Both the position numbers and the translations under genes were made by a program. From NCBI GenBank assembly GCA_964016885.1, contig OZ024750.1, forward strand, positions 32,240,001-32,304,000: a stretch of DNA of 64,000 bases. The letters run 5' to 3'. The stretch's first letter is position 1; each line of letters opens with the position of its first letter. Positions 43,175-55,628 of this stretch are shown piece after piece. A model generated the notes under the pieces. That model searched no databases. It was given only the letters and a program-made list of their open reading frames with translations, and was not told where the DNA came from. This DNA comes from Eledone cirrhosa (lineage: Eukaryota).

Positions 43175-43192
43175 TATATATTTATATATATA

Positions 43193-43273
43193 TTTCATTT
43201 CTCGCCCTAGCACCGTTGTTAAGTGTAATTATGCATTCGTACACACACATATATACTCACACACACACACACA

Positions 43274-43353
<80 letters not shown>

Positions 43354-43405
43354 AGGCATGCACAATTACATTTATGTAACAGCGGTGCTAGGGTGAGAAA
43401 TGAAA
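43193..43405. repeat. Inverted repeats (about 50 bp) enclosing a CA/TA/TG microsatellite
   Basis: tttcatttctcgccctagcaccgttgtta / taacagcggtgctagggtgagaaatgaaa. Confidence 0.7.
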
Positions 43406-43619
43406 AATTCTAATTTTATACATATATATATATAATGGATTCTGAATTAGGCACAAGGCCGACAATTTTACGGGAAAGTCGATTAACTCGACCCCAGTGC
43501 CTTACTCGTGCTTTCTTATCAACCTCGTAAGGGTGAAAGACAAAGCTAACCTCGGCGGGATTTGAACTCACTACAAAAAGATCCATCAATTCTATGCCAC
43601 AAAGCATGTTGTCCAAAAA

Positions 43620-43700
<81 letters not shown>

Positions 43701-43730
43701 TACATATATATATATATGTTGTTCTTACAA

Positions 43731-45254
43731 TCTATATATATAAAACTGTGGTTGTCTGTCTGTCTATCGATTTTTGGCACACATCTCCTCTTAGAATCTC
43801 TCACGGAATTGCACCGAAATTGCTATACTTGTACATTGAGCCCTAGCGAAGACATCGGAAAAAAAAATTTTAAATTGACCCACCCTATGTGACGAAATCG
43901 AATATAATGTATCGATTTTGAGCGTAAGTTATCAGTTATTTCCCGTTGTTCTGTTTACATTGAGCGTCTTACGTAAAAAATTACGCTGGCTTTAACAGTT
44001 GTCGAGCCAGCAAAATATTGACCTGCAAAATTCATCAGTTCGAACACTAAGCTTCCGTTTTGCTTCATTTCCATTTAAAAGCATTTTAAAACAATATTTT
44101 TACTTGAAAACAAGTCTATTTAAAGACTACGTAAAACAAGCAAATATTTCGTCGTTAGGCGTGCAGACAGACAGTCGTGCAGACAGACAGTCGTGCAGAG
44201 AGGTGATATACGCGTGCAGACAGACAGTCGTGCAGAGAGGTGATATAGGCGTGCAGACAGACAGTCGTGCAGAGAGGTAATATAGGCGTGCAGACATACA
44301 GTCGTGCAGAGAGGTGATATAGGCGTGCAGACAGACATAACTGATAATTTGGTTACGCTAATGTTTTTCTCTGCGTTGCGGTGTTTACATTTTCGATCTT
44401 TGTTAATAAATAACCAGTGCAGTTTCTATCCCCAGCATCCTCTTTTGTTATAACATTCGGGTTATCGTTATGTTTTCTTAACTTCATAAGGCATATTGTT
44501 GGTTGAGGGAATATTAATCAAAAACACCACATGCAAGTCTGCACAGTAGACACTACAGTTTTTAAGCCAAGAAAGAAACTTAACATTGTAACTTTAACAC
44601 AGCTTCATCAGTTCGAACACTAAGCTTCCGTTTTGCTTCATTTCCATTTAAAAGCCTTTTAAAACAATATTTTTACTTGAAAACAAGTCTATTTAAAGAC
44701 TACGTAAAACAAGCAAATATTTCGTAAAAAAAAAGCAAAAATTATATAAGTTTATTTAAAATATATGTATCTGTAAATTTCGTTAGGCGTGCAGACAGAC
44801 AGTCGTGCAGAGAGGTGATATACGCGTGCAGACAGACAGTCGTGCAGAGAGGTGATATAGGCGTGCAGACAGACAGTCGTGCAGAGAGGTGATATAGGCG
44901 TGCAGACAGACAGTCGTGCAGAGAGGTGATATAGGCGTGCAGACAGACATAACTGATAATTTGGTTACGCTAATGTTTTTCTCTGCGTTGCAGTGTTTAC
45001 ATTTTCGATCTTTGTTAATAAATAACCAGTGCAGTTTTTATCCCCAGCATCCTCTTTTGTTATAACATTCGGGTTATCGTTATGTTTTCTTAACTTCATA
45101 AGGCATATTGTTGGTTGAGGGAATATTAATCAAAAACACCACATGCAAGTCTGCACAGTAGACACTACAGTTTTTAAGCCAAAAAAGAAACTTAACATTG
45201 TAACTTTAACACAGCCACTGAGCGACCCCGAGCAACGCCGGGCTTTACTGCTAG
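43731..45254 (+). mobile_element. Non-autonomous Helitron with about 0.6-kb internal tandem duplication and a 37-bp minisatellite
   Basis: a|TCtatatatataaaactg 5' end; cccg-agcaacgc-cggg hairpin then CTAG|t. Duplicated units 44031-44603 and 44604-45215. Confidence 0.8.
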
Positions 45255-45264
45255 TATATATATA

Positions 45265-45455
45265 TAATTGTTCTACTTTTGGCACAAGGCCAGCAATTAC
45301 CCCAGTGTATTACTGGTACTTTATTTATCGACCCCGAAAGGATGAACGGCAAAGTTAACCTCGGCGGGAGTTGACCTCAGAATAGCAAGGGCCGTAACTC
45401 TTTGCTGCAAAGCATGGCGTCCGACCCTCTACCGATACTGCCAATTCACCGCCCT
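45265..45455 (-). mobile_element. Dominant SINE, full length
   Basis: Complete head and tail; further copies at about 29540, 43440, 49320, 51990, 53270 and 61730. Confidence 0.9.
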
Positions 45456-46370
45456 AATTTATATATATTCACCGCCCTAATTTATATATATATATATATA
45501 TAATAACGTTGTACATTGAAACATATATGTTTATGTATAATAAACATCCCTTTAGCTTCACTACATAGAGAGATAGACAGAAAGAGGGGGAGAGAGAGAG
45601 ATGTGTGTATATCTATCTAATCACGTATATCCTGCCAAAACCCTTTCATAAACAATCACAACTCGATTACTATAAATGCCATGTACATATATAATTTCAT
45701 CTCAATATTTGATAAACACAGAATAATATTTAATTTATTTTAACAGCACATAAGCCATAATCTTTTCCAATTATTTCCTAATAATACTCTAGCAATTTAT
45801 TTGATTTCTGTCATTTTAATTTATACCATGTAGAATGTTAGCTTGATATTCACGTAGGAAGGTTGATATGTTTCAGTATATTCATTATATTAGCCTACCG
45901 TCATATTCAGATCACAGCAGACCTGTGAAATGAGTAACTCAAGTTAAACTACGTATGAATCATTCAGATTTCAGAAATGATTACACAAAACTATGAAATA
46001 AGTAACCCCAAGCTTGATTTGACAGTGTAATGTTAAACTCACGTACAACAATGTACACCTCAATGTTTTCACATTTTCTGGATGAATCTTGAGATAATTT
46101 GATGGAATGACATGAATTATATAAAGCCATAAACACATATATTTATGTATGTATATATGTTTCTGTATGTACTCTCAGGTAGATAGATTCCTCTGCAAAA
46201 ATGCTGAGACGTACTGGTTGATACATACGCGCCTTCTCACATACAGTTTTCAAAATTACGCTAACAATATTAGCCCGCTCTTTAATAGATGTTCGTCGTG
46301 CAGATGACATGGGTTGAAAATAATCCCTCACTAATATTTTTGCATTTTAGACACACACAGTCATACATAC

Positions 46371-46423
<53 letters not shown>

Positions 46424-46428
<5 letters not shown>

Positions 46429-46898
46429 ATAAGGAAAAGCGAAGTAGTTTCAGATGTTCAAGTCCTTTAATAATAATGCTGTGATATATATTGGCCACAC
46501 TGTTCTGTGTGCGAGTGTCGTGTCTTCATCAGACAGCTTGTTACATAATAAGGTTATGTTTCCGAGGCAATCCAAATTGAATCGACAAGGGAACGGATGA
46601 ATTGCGTGTTCTTGGGTTTTTTCATCCGCTCCCTTTTGAGTACCGTTCCCATGTCGATCCAATTTGGATTGCCTCGGAAACATAACCTTATTATGTAACA
46701 AGCTGTCTGATGATGACACGACACTCGCACACAGAACAGTGTGGCCAGTGTCGTCACTGAAATAGATATCACACCATTATTATTAAAGGACTTGAACATC
46801 TGAAACTACTTCGCTTTTCCTTATTCGATATTTACTCCGTCACTCCTATGTGGAAAAAGTACGTTGAGTGCTTGAATTGAATTGCATCAATGTTTACC

Positions 46899-46900
<2 letters not shown>
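46424..46900 (+). mobile_element. Fold-back PLE-like element (about 170-bp arms) with HHR at 46702-46775 and unique 3' tail
   Basis: gctgt CTGATGA tgacacgacact..cacac/gtgtg..agtgtcgtca ct GAAAT agat ATC acacc; the mirror arm gives acagc, a perfect stem I. Confidence 0.85.
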
Positions 46901-46949
<49 letters not shown>

Positions 46950-46960
<11 letters not shown>

Positions 46961-47128
46961 TGTATATATAATGTATTTTGCAATACACTTTATGCTTAAT
47001 TAAAAGCATTTTGAAGACCGTATGCTATTGTTTTAGAGTAGTGACAAACTCAATTACTTTAATCTCAGCAATTTAATTAAGCATAAAGTGTATTGCAAAA
47101 TACATTATATATACATTCATATATATAT
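46950..47128. repeat. About 55-bp arm perfect inverted repeat in a TA array
   Basis: gaatgtatatataatgtattttgcaatacactttatgcttaattaaa and its reverse complement. Confidence 0.8.
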
Positions 47129-47153
47129 TGCTATTTCAGAGCTCCAATTCTAA

Positions 47154-47219
<66 letters not shown>

Positions 47220-47221
<2 letters not shown>

Positions 47222-47469
47222 AGATAAATTTACCAAAATATACGGGATTGTACAATCCGTATGAAGAACTTAATGTAATCCAAAGATATCATGAAGAACT
47301 TAATGTAATCCAAAGATATCAAAAATTTACGATAAAAATCATAGGAAAACAGAGTCAAGATAAATTAATAAAAACAATGAAATAAACACAAAGAACAAGT
47401 TCCTTATATTAAAAAAATTCATCATTTTACGATCGTTTCTGGGTTGTATATCATATAGATCTATGTAAA

Positions 47470-47470
<1 letters not shown>
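47220..47470. mobile_element. Rearranged relative of the 10.0 kb HHR element
   Basis: tagataaat.tacc...caatccgtatgaagaact.aatgtaatc on plus, and GAAAC gatc GTA on minus at about 47428-47439. Confidence 0.6.
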
Positions 47471-47561
<91 letters not shown>

Positions 47562-47656
47562 GTAGGTGTGAAAAAGGAAAAGTAAAAACAGTCCTCAATC
47601 GGGAAGAGAGCTAATATATTATATTATTTATGTTCATACACGGAACAAACTCATAT

Positions 47657-47745
47657 GAGCGCCTGAAGATTACGTCACAATTTTTATCCTTCTTATATTC
47701 TGTAGATATGGTCAATATTGGGCCTTGAAAACGTACGTAGCACTT
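47657..47745 (+). ncRNA. Degenerate type I hammerhead
   Basis: gagcgc CTGAAGA...GAAAAC gtac GTA gcactt; outer ggaacaaa/tttgttcc pairing; stem II not resolved. Confidence 0.5.
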
Positions 47746-47794
47746 TTGTTCCCTCTATGAATATAAATAAATAATATATATAGATAAATAGATA

Positions 47795-48202
47795 CCAAAA
47801 GACCTATTGGATGGGTAACTGGCCACCGGCACAATAGCAGGAAGTCGACCTCATCTTCGTTTCAAAGACGTCTGCAGGAGTGATATGACGTTAATAGACC
47901 TGGATACCCAGAGATAATAAGAGGTTGCTAATGATCGCACACGATGGAGTCGAATATTGCACAAGGGAATGGAGTGAGGGGAAGAGAAACTGACACTTGC
48001 TTCCGAAGAAAAGCGTGCTCGAATAAAGAACAACACAGTAACACCGGAAGAGAGCGTCTTCAAATGCAGTCACTGTATACAGGGTTGCCACTTCGATGTG
48101 GACTTGCCAGCCACAGCAGACACTGCACAGCCATCCGCAGCTGTCATAAAATTATGCAGGCGCAGATCCATGCTCTTTTGAGATTGACAGATGCCAATAA
48201 TA
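47795..48202 (+). mobile_element. BovB-like RTE LINE 3' end, decayed
   Basis: PKDLLDG*LATGT...RPHLRFKDVCRSD and CGLASHSRHC. Confidence 0.7.
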
Positions 48203-50214
48203 GATATACATAGTGGTGTCTCGGCGTATGTGTGTGCGTGTTTGTGCATATGTCTGGAAATATATGAAAGGAGAAAGCGCGATAGAAAATAGAATGAAAA
48301 GTAAAAGATGAACTATATGTTCATATATTATATACATTTTCTGTATGAATAACTCTTTTAATGTAACATATATCCCCTTAATCATAATAATAATTGAAAT
48401 TTCTGCAAATAGCATTTTATGTAAAAAGAAACAAAGATTTACTAACAAATTGTGCAATATTTTCAATATATCTCAAGAGGAATTTCATTATATATTGTTT
48501 TTTTCCAATTTCAGTTTCAATTATAAACTGTTTTATCAAGGAATATATTTTATTTTCAGTGATCTCTGCTAAAAAGAAATATCAATCATCCACTATTAAA
48601 CAGAAATATATTTCACATTATTTTTAGCTATATCTCAGTTACACGACGATAATTTCACTCGGGGAATATTTCCGCTTCATTTCTTTTAAGCTACTGAAGC
48701 TTAACATCTTGTAACGACAAGGACAACATATATATCCGGGAGGTATGGATTCTCCTTTAACACAGATCCACACGAGTATTAACTCTAGATACAAATTCAA
48801 ATACATGTTTGCTTAATGATGCTTGTCCACCGAATCTGATGATCAGATAATTATCCGTTAAACTGTTCATTAGGTAACAAAAATCAATGTTACAATTCTC
48901 AGTACAGATGATAAATATCGTGGGCCTATTAAAAGATAGTATGGGCAGTATCCATAATAAACAAAGAAATATTAAAGCAATGGTTTAGATTATAGGCACA
49001 GGTCATTAAATTTAGAAAGCAGAATATGGAATGTTCTGTTGTTCACAGTGAAATGCCCATATTTGGCCGATAGGATAGGAACATGCAAGGCAACTGAATG
49101 CTGTAAGGCCAAATAATCGTTTCTTAACTCTATGGCCGTAACTCATGCTGTAAAGCATAGCGTCCGACTCTCTACCGTACTGCCAATCCATCGCCCCTGT
49201 AAGGCCAAATAATAAACATTATTACGTATGCAACTATAACTATATTCATAGGAAAAGATAGATAATAAGTTCCTATACAATGCATGTTTTTCTAGAATGT
49301 TCCACCGATTTAAATAATGGTTTCTTATATAGGCACAAGGCCAACCATTTTAGGGGAGAGGAAAGTCTACTAAATTGACCTCAGTGTGTTACTAGTACTT
49401 TATTTTATCGACACCGTAATGATAAAGTACAAAACTAACCTCCGTGGGATTTAAACGTAGCACGTAAGGGGACAAAGCATATTGTCCGACGCACTACCGA
49501 TACTGCCTTTGTTTACAGATTTAAATAGTGAGATGGAGAGGACTATGAATTGAAAGCTTGATATGTCAACTAAAATTTGTTGTTTTCTTTCATTAGCTAA
49601 AGAATAAACACTATGAATGTATTAAAGTATTTCGGGAGTTAATGACTGGTGAAAAATAGAAACTTATAAAATTATCAAGGTATGGTTAGTTTTGCTGAAT
49701 GATTTTGTTTTCATTCATTTATATTACTTTTTGTTTGCTATCAGTTTAGTAGCTTTTTTCATATCGTGTCAGCTGTTATAAGCATCCATGAATTCACTGA
49801 AACATTCCTTTGAAAATCCACATAGGATGTGATCGAATGGTAATGTTAAAACTCAAAAGGTCAAAACGCTGATTGAACATAAATGACTTTCATTGAAATA
49901 ATATTAAATTAAAAATGCGAAAGATTATTTTTTTCTTATTTTCACATTTAAAAATGGAATTTGACTAAATGTCAAGAATTTCTTTAATGAAACGTTAATG
50001 GCAGTTAATGATTGTGAGGCTTATAAAAAATATTCAAAGTTATAAAATAGAATATTACCTTGAATAAAAAAACTATTGCTAGGTACAATGTTAAACTGAA
50101 AACTATAATAGAAATAAGTTGTCACTTTTTACACGATATCATCCATACGAACTTTAAACGATATCATCCATACAACTAATTAAATTGTATTTGTTGGCAT
50201 ACTTACTATTACTT

Positions 50215-50945
50215 TAGACAAACATCGAGTTTCTTTCGTTCTTTTCATCAAACATCGAGTTTCCTTCGTTTTATTTCATTTAAACATCTAGTTTCTTCCG
50301 TTTTATTTCATCAAACATCGACTTTCTTTCGTTTTATTCCTTCAAACATCGAATTCCTTTTCTTTCATCAAACATCGATTTTCTTTCTTATTATTTTATT
50401 ATACAACGAGTTTATTTCGTTTTATTTCATCAAACATCAAATTTCTTTCCTTCTATTTCATCAAACTTCGAGTTTCATTTTATTTAATTAAACATTGAAT
50501 TTCCTTCGTTTTATTTCATTAAATATCGAGTTTCGATTCGTTTTATTTCATCAAACATCGAGTTTCTTTCGTTTTGTTTCATCAAACAACGATTTTACTT
50601 CGTTTTATTTCATAAAACATCGAAATTCGTCCGCTTTTTTCATCAAACATTCTTTTTATTTCAGCAAACATCGAGTTTCTTTTATTTTTATTTCATCGCA
50701 CATTGTGTTTCTTTCATTTTATTTCATCAAACAACGAGTTTCCTTCGTTTTATTTCATCAAACATCGACTTTCTCTCTTTTTCTTTTCATCAAACATCGC
50801 GTTCCGTTTCATTTCATCAAACATTGATATTCTTTCGTTGAATGTCATCAAACATGGAGTTTCGTTTTATTCCATCAAATATCGAGTTTCTTTAGTTTTA
50901 TTTCATCAAATATCGAGTTTTATTTCCTCAAACATCGACTTTCTT
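50215..50945. repeat. About 30-bp minisatellite (tttatttcatcaaacatcgagtttctttcg), about 24 diverged units
   Basis: Recurrent catcaaacatcga core. Confidence 0.85.
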
Positions 50946-53194
50946 GCAGTTCTTTCCTTTTCTTTCATAGTCTCTTTTATTGAAAGGACTTATGAAAGCA
51001 AATCGTTCCCATCGCAAAAGAGGTGGAAACATTGAAATATTGAATTCTATAATCGATATGACAACTAACATCAAAACAATGATAACCATTGCGATCAAAC
51101 AACAAATCAAAAATTCTAAAAGATATGAATATGCTCATTGGTGGTTTTATGGAACGGATGTCTTGCGAATTTCAATATTAGATTTTTGTTCAATGGATTG
51201 ATTTCCATGGATAGATCATATATTGTTACATACAATATTACGCTAATTTCATACATTCACTTTAGTTAATTTAGCTGAATAGAACTCTTTTATGGCTTTT
51301 TCTACCGTAGGAAAAAAAGGTTTAAAGCCATTATTATCATTAATGTCACTTTATTTATCTGTGTACCTCCGATAAAAAAAATCTATCCTACATTACGATC
51401 AACCTTCTTGCTTTATAAATGTTCACTTTCAAAAAATATGTTTATCCCATAGCAATATTCTTACAACAATTCATTAGAAATATTGGTTTCTTATCATTTA
51501 TAGACCTGGAGCAATATAAAATACTTTGTTTAGATATAATATTCATTGTCAACATGCTTCAGTTATTTACACAAGCCTGCAAGTATAATATAAAACAGAC
51601 GAAAAATTATTGAAACATGTATGTTATTTGAATTAATGCTTTGTTTGTTATTAAATTTGTAAAGAAGCAAGTACATTTTTATTGGATCCGATACAGGCTT
51701 CTATATAATTGGGAGAGAAAAACGATATTCGTTGCATTTTGAAAGATTAAAGAATGTTGCGTTTTTTTTAAACTAATCTAAATGGCGCTAATATTCTATC
51801 ACAAAACATGCATGTGCAATTTAGGGTACTCGAGCCTCATGCGGCTCTTTCCGACGTTTTATACTATCTAGTAATAGCATAATTTTCTAAATAGCGCTAT
51901 AGAGCATTCATCTTATTTAATAAGCTAAGTATATCCTATTCAAAACGCTTCGATTTGATCTTCAAATGTTTGAATTATATAATCAATGTGGAAGTATTAG
52001 TAGAGCACCAGATACTATGCTTCACGGCATAGAGTTACGGTTCTTTACGTTCTGATTTCAAACGCAGCCGAGGTTAGCTTTGTCTTCATCCTTACGGGGT
52101 TGATAAAATAAAATAAATTGCTGGCCTTGTGCCTGGAATAGAAACAACTATATAATGTTTGCTTTATATAAACAACGTAAAAAAAGAGGGGGAAATAAGG
52201 GAAATAATGGTAGGGGGGAATGAGCGGCCAACTGTTTACACCAAACTAGGAACTTTAACTCAGCTGCACCTCACGGAGAAAATGGTGAAGTTATTCTCTC
52301 AATGAATTGTTGGTGACACTTGTTGCATTTGACACTCCTCCTCCTCCTTTTTCGTCGTTGCCCCCCCCCCTCCACTTTTTTCTTCTTCTCCCCTCCCCCT
52401 TCTTAGTCTTTCTCTTTTTTCTTCTTCTTTTGTATGAGACTATTCCTGCCTCAGGTTGCCGTCGTTCGCCTGATCGAGATCAGAGATCAGTGTTCAGTTT
52501 TTAAGGCCCCCAACTAGAAGTTCAACAACTTGCGTCTCACTAGCCACTCTATATCACGAGGCTCATTCTACAGGTGGCATTCTCTCCTTCCAATTTTAAA
52601 CGACATTATAACGATTTTGCTATGTTAGCTTCGTGCTATATTACCTCGTGCAATATAAATATTAAAAAATCACAACAAAGCCCAAGAAAGCCTATGGAGA
52701 TCAACGTCTATAATATTATACAGTGCAACTTATGAATATGACTTTAAGCGGTGGGGAAAGGTGGAATCTAGCTTTACGAGACTGAGGTTCGAAAATCGTG
52801 AACTTCATAGAAATATAAACACCAAGAAATTAACAAGATTTATGTGTTATTTACAAAACACGTTTTGTGCTCATTTATTAATCTGTTGTGCTATGACACC
52901 TGCTGTTGTTACGCTACAACACCTGTACTCAGTAAATTGTGTGTTCTATTGAAGCAGCGGCAATATAGTTTTGCATTTCATATTCGCTTTTTCACATTAA
53001 CATAATGTTTCGGCACCATCACTTAAGTTATATTTTTCCTTCTTTCCATTCAGCTGATCATCATACTCACACGTCTTGGTTCTTTTCACCCTACCTCCTT
53101 TTCAGATTCTAAACGCACACACACACACACACCACGCGCGCATACACACAATTCTATACCATTTTCTAATCTTAACATAGAAACATTAATGCAA

Positions 53195-53243
<49 letters not shown>

Positions 53244-53754
53244 TAATCTGAGTTTTTCGAATATTAATAATTGTTTCTACTTTAGGCACAAGGCCAGCAA
53301 TTACCCAGTGCATTACTGGTACTTTATTTTATCGACCCCGTAAGGATGAAAGGCAAAGTCAACCTCGGCGGGATTTGAACTCAGATCGTAAAGGGACGTA
53401 ACTATGCTGAAAAATAATAACATTCGATTCGTTTGCAATTATGCAAACAAACCTCAATTTTATACCCATGTCGGTAGAATGAACCCTTCAATCTTGCTCT
53501 TGTGTTGGCATGTGGTATATTCGAAAAACTCAGATTACATTTATTGTATTCAGCCATGTAGAGCGAAAAAAGTTTACTTTATATATATATATGTGTTTAG
53601 CAATTTCTAGACATCTTTTTATATATATATATATGTGTTTAGAAATTTCTAGACATCTCTATCATGGAAAAAATTGTTAGACTGTAAATAAATTTCCTTG
53701 TTTGTACTGTTGACCATGTTATTCTTCACTTTTTCAATTTTATATATATATATC

Positions 53755-54682
53755 TATCTAAGGCGGGTAAAATTCCCGAGATCCATGGACGAGTTCTCTC
53801 CAGCGGTCTCTGTCCCTCATTATCGCTGCCATATCCTGCATCTCCAACAGACCAGTGTCTGTCCTTAGGGCATCAACATATGTTAACCTTGGTCTTCCTC
53901 TTCTAGTGTGTCCATGTAGGGGCTCCCAAAGGAGCCCTGAGTGCAATGTCAACTCTGGATGTCGGTGAGCATGTCCAGCCAACCTCAATCTCCTCTGTGT
54001 CACTTTTGAGCTGACTTTTGGGTTCTGACTGGGGTTCTGTAACGGGGCACTGGAGAAAGGAGTTGCCCCGAATCAGTGGAGGATCAGTAACATCGTCCCA
54101 GTGCCAAAGAGGGGAGATCTCTCTAACACCAACAGCTACCGGGGGATCTCACTGACGTCACTTGTGGCAAAGACCCTCAACAGGATGATTCTTAACAGGA
54201 TCCAGCCTGAGATGGAGAAGAAGCTCAGGGACAACCAGAACGGTTTCAGAGAGGGTAGATCAACCACCAGTCACATCCTGATGCTGAGGAGGATATTAGA
54301 GGGAGCTAGAGCAAAGTGCCTTCCTGCGGTCATGGTTTTCATTGACTTTAGGAAGGCCTTTGATTCTGTGGACCGTTACTGCCTGATGAAGATCTTACAG
54401 GCTTATGGAATCCCCAAGAGGATAGTGGACCTGATATCACTGCTCTACACCAACACCAAAGCCCAAGTCATTACACCCGATGGGATGACAGAGTTCTTTG
54501 AGATACTGGCTGGAGTGCTCCAGGGTGATACATTGGCTCCCTACCTTTTTATCATCGTAGTGGACTATTGTATGCGCCTTGCACTGGAGAAATACCAGGA
54601 CACTGGCTTTACTGTAGCACCGGCTCAGAGCAGGAGAGTTGGGGCGAAAAAGGTATCGGATGCTGAATTTGCCGACGACATA

Positions 54683-54683
<1 letters not shown>
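53755..54683. mobile_element. RTE LINE with 5' inversion: 3' end on minus (53755-54020), RT segment on plus (54029-54683)
   Basis: Plus strand: YRGISL, QNGFR, IDFRKAFD, GVLQGDTLAPYLF, FADD. Minus strand: RRLRLAGH...RGRPRLTYVD...YPP*. Confidence 0.9.
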
Positions 54684-54718
<35 letters not shown>

Positions 54719-54843
54719 GGTTTGAGGTTCACCACTGTATAGAGCTGGTCTATTCCGTATGGTCAATCGTAATGTAATAATATAAAGCAGTTCAACCGTC
54801 TTTGTTTTTGTAGTTGGTGGTGCTATTACGGAGTTAAATATTA

Positions 54844-54898
54844 TAATGAAATGACAGGAGGCTGGATTTGGCAAATCCAGCCTCCTGTCATTTCATTA
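54844..54898. repeat. Perfect 27-bp arm palindrome with 1-nt loop
   Basis: taatgaaatgacaggaggctggatttg g caaatccagcctcctgtcatttcatta. Confidence 0.9.
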
Positions 54899-55560
54899 AT
54901 GCACTGGGTAATTGCTGGCCTTGTGCCTAAAGTAGAAACAATTATATTATATATATATATATATATTTTCCATGATGTTACCTTGTTCTTTTGGGGTTCT
55001 TATCACCGTTCTTTCAATATTGAGATTGGTTCAATGCAAAATTTGTCTTGACTTAAAAGAGCTTTAAGCTCAGGCATCAATTGATCTAAACATCTTACAC
55101 ATGTGTTGCCTGGATCAAGTGATAGTATTTCTCGAACTCAAGATGCATCCAGACTGCTCAAAATTGTGGAGCACATATTTGAAGCCACTTTGATGACTTA
55201 CACCGTGTCAAATCATTACAAAGTGAAGGTCATAGACTATGCAAACCCAAGAAAGAGTACGTTCAGATATGTGCATATACAAACCTGGAATGGATCTCCG
55301 TCAGTTGCAAGAATGAGTGTACCAGTTATTTGATCAACGGGATAGCCCGCTCGCTAAATTAACATATTAGTGTCTGAGCATTGAATAATTCTCAGAGAGA
55401 TCCAGCATTAACATTGTTTTAAGGCTGGGTTCATTGAATTATTGATGCAGACCTCTGTCGACACACTTTCACTCACAATGCTTCAGTCGATCCGAGACAT
55501 TTGCCCAAGATGCAACGCGGTTGAATAACACCCTTCTCACTTGTCTTCATTTTCGGGTTT

Positions 55561-55628
<68 letters not shown>

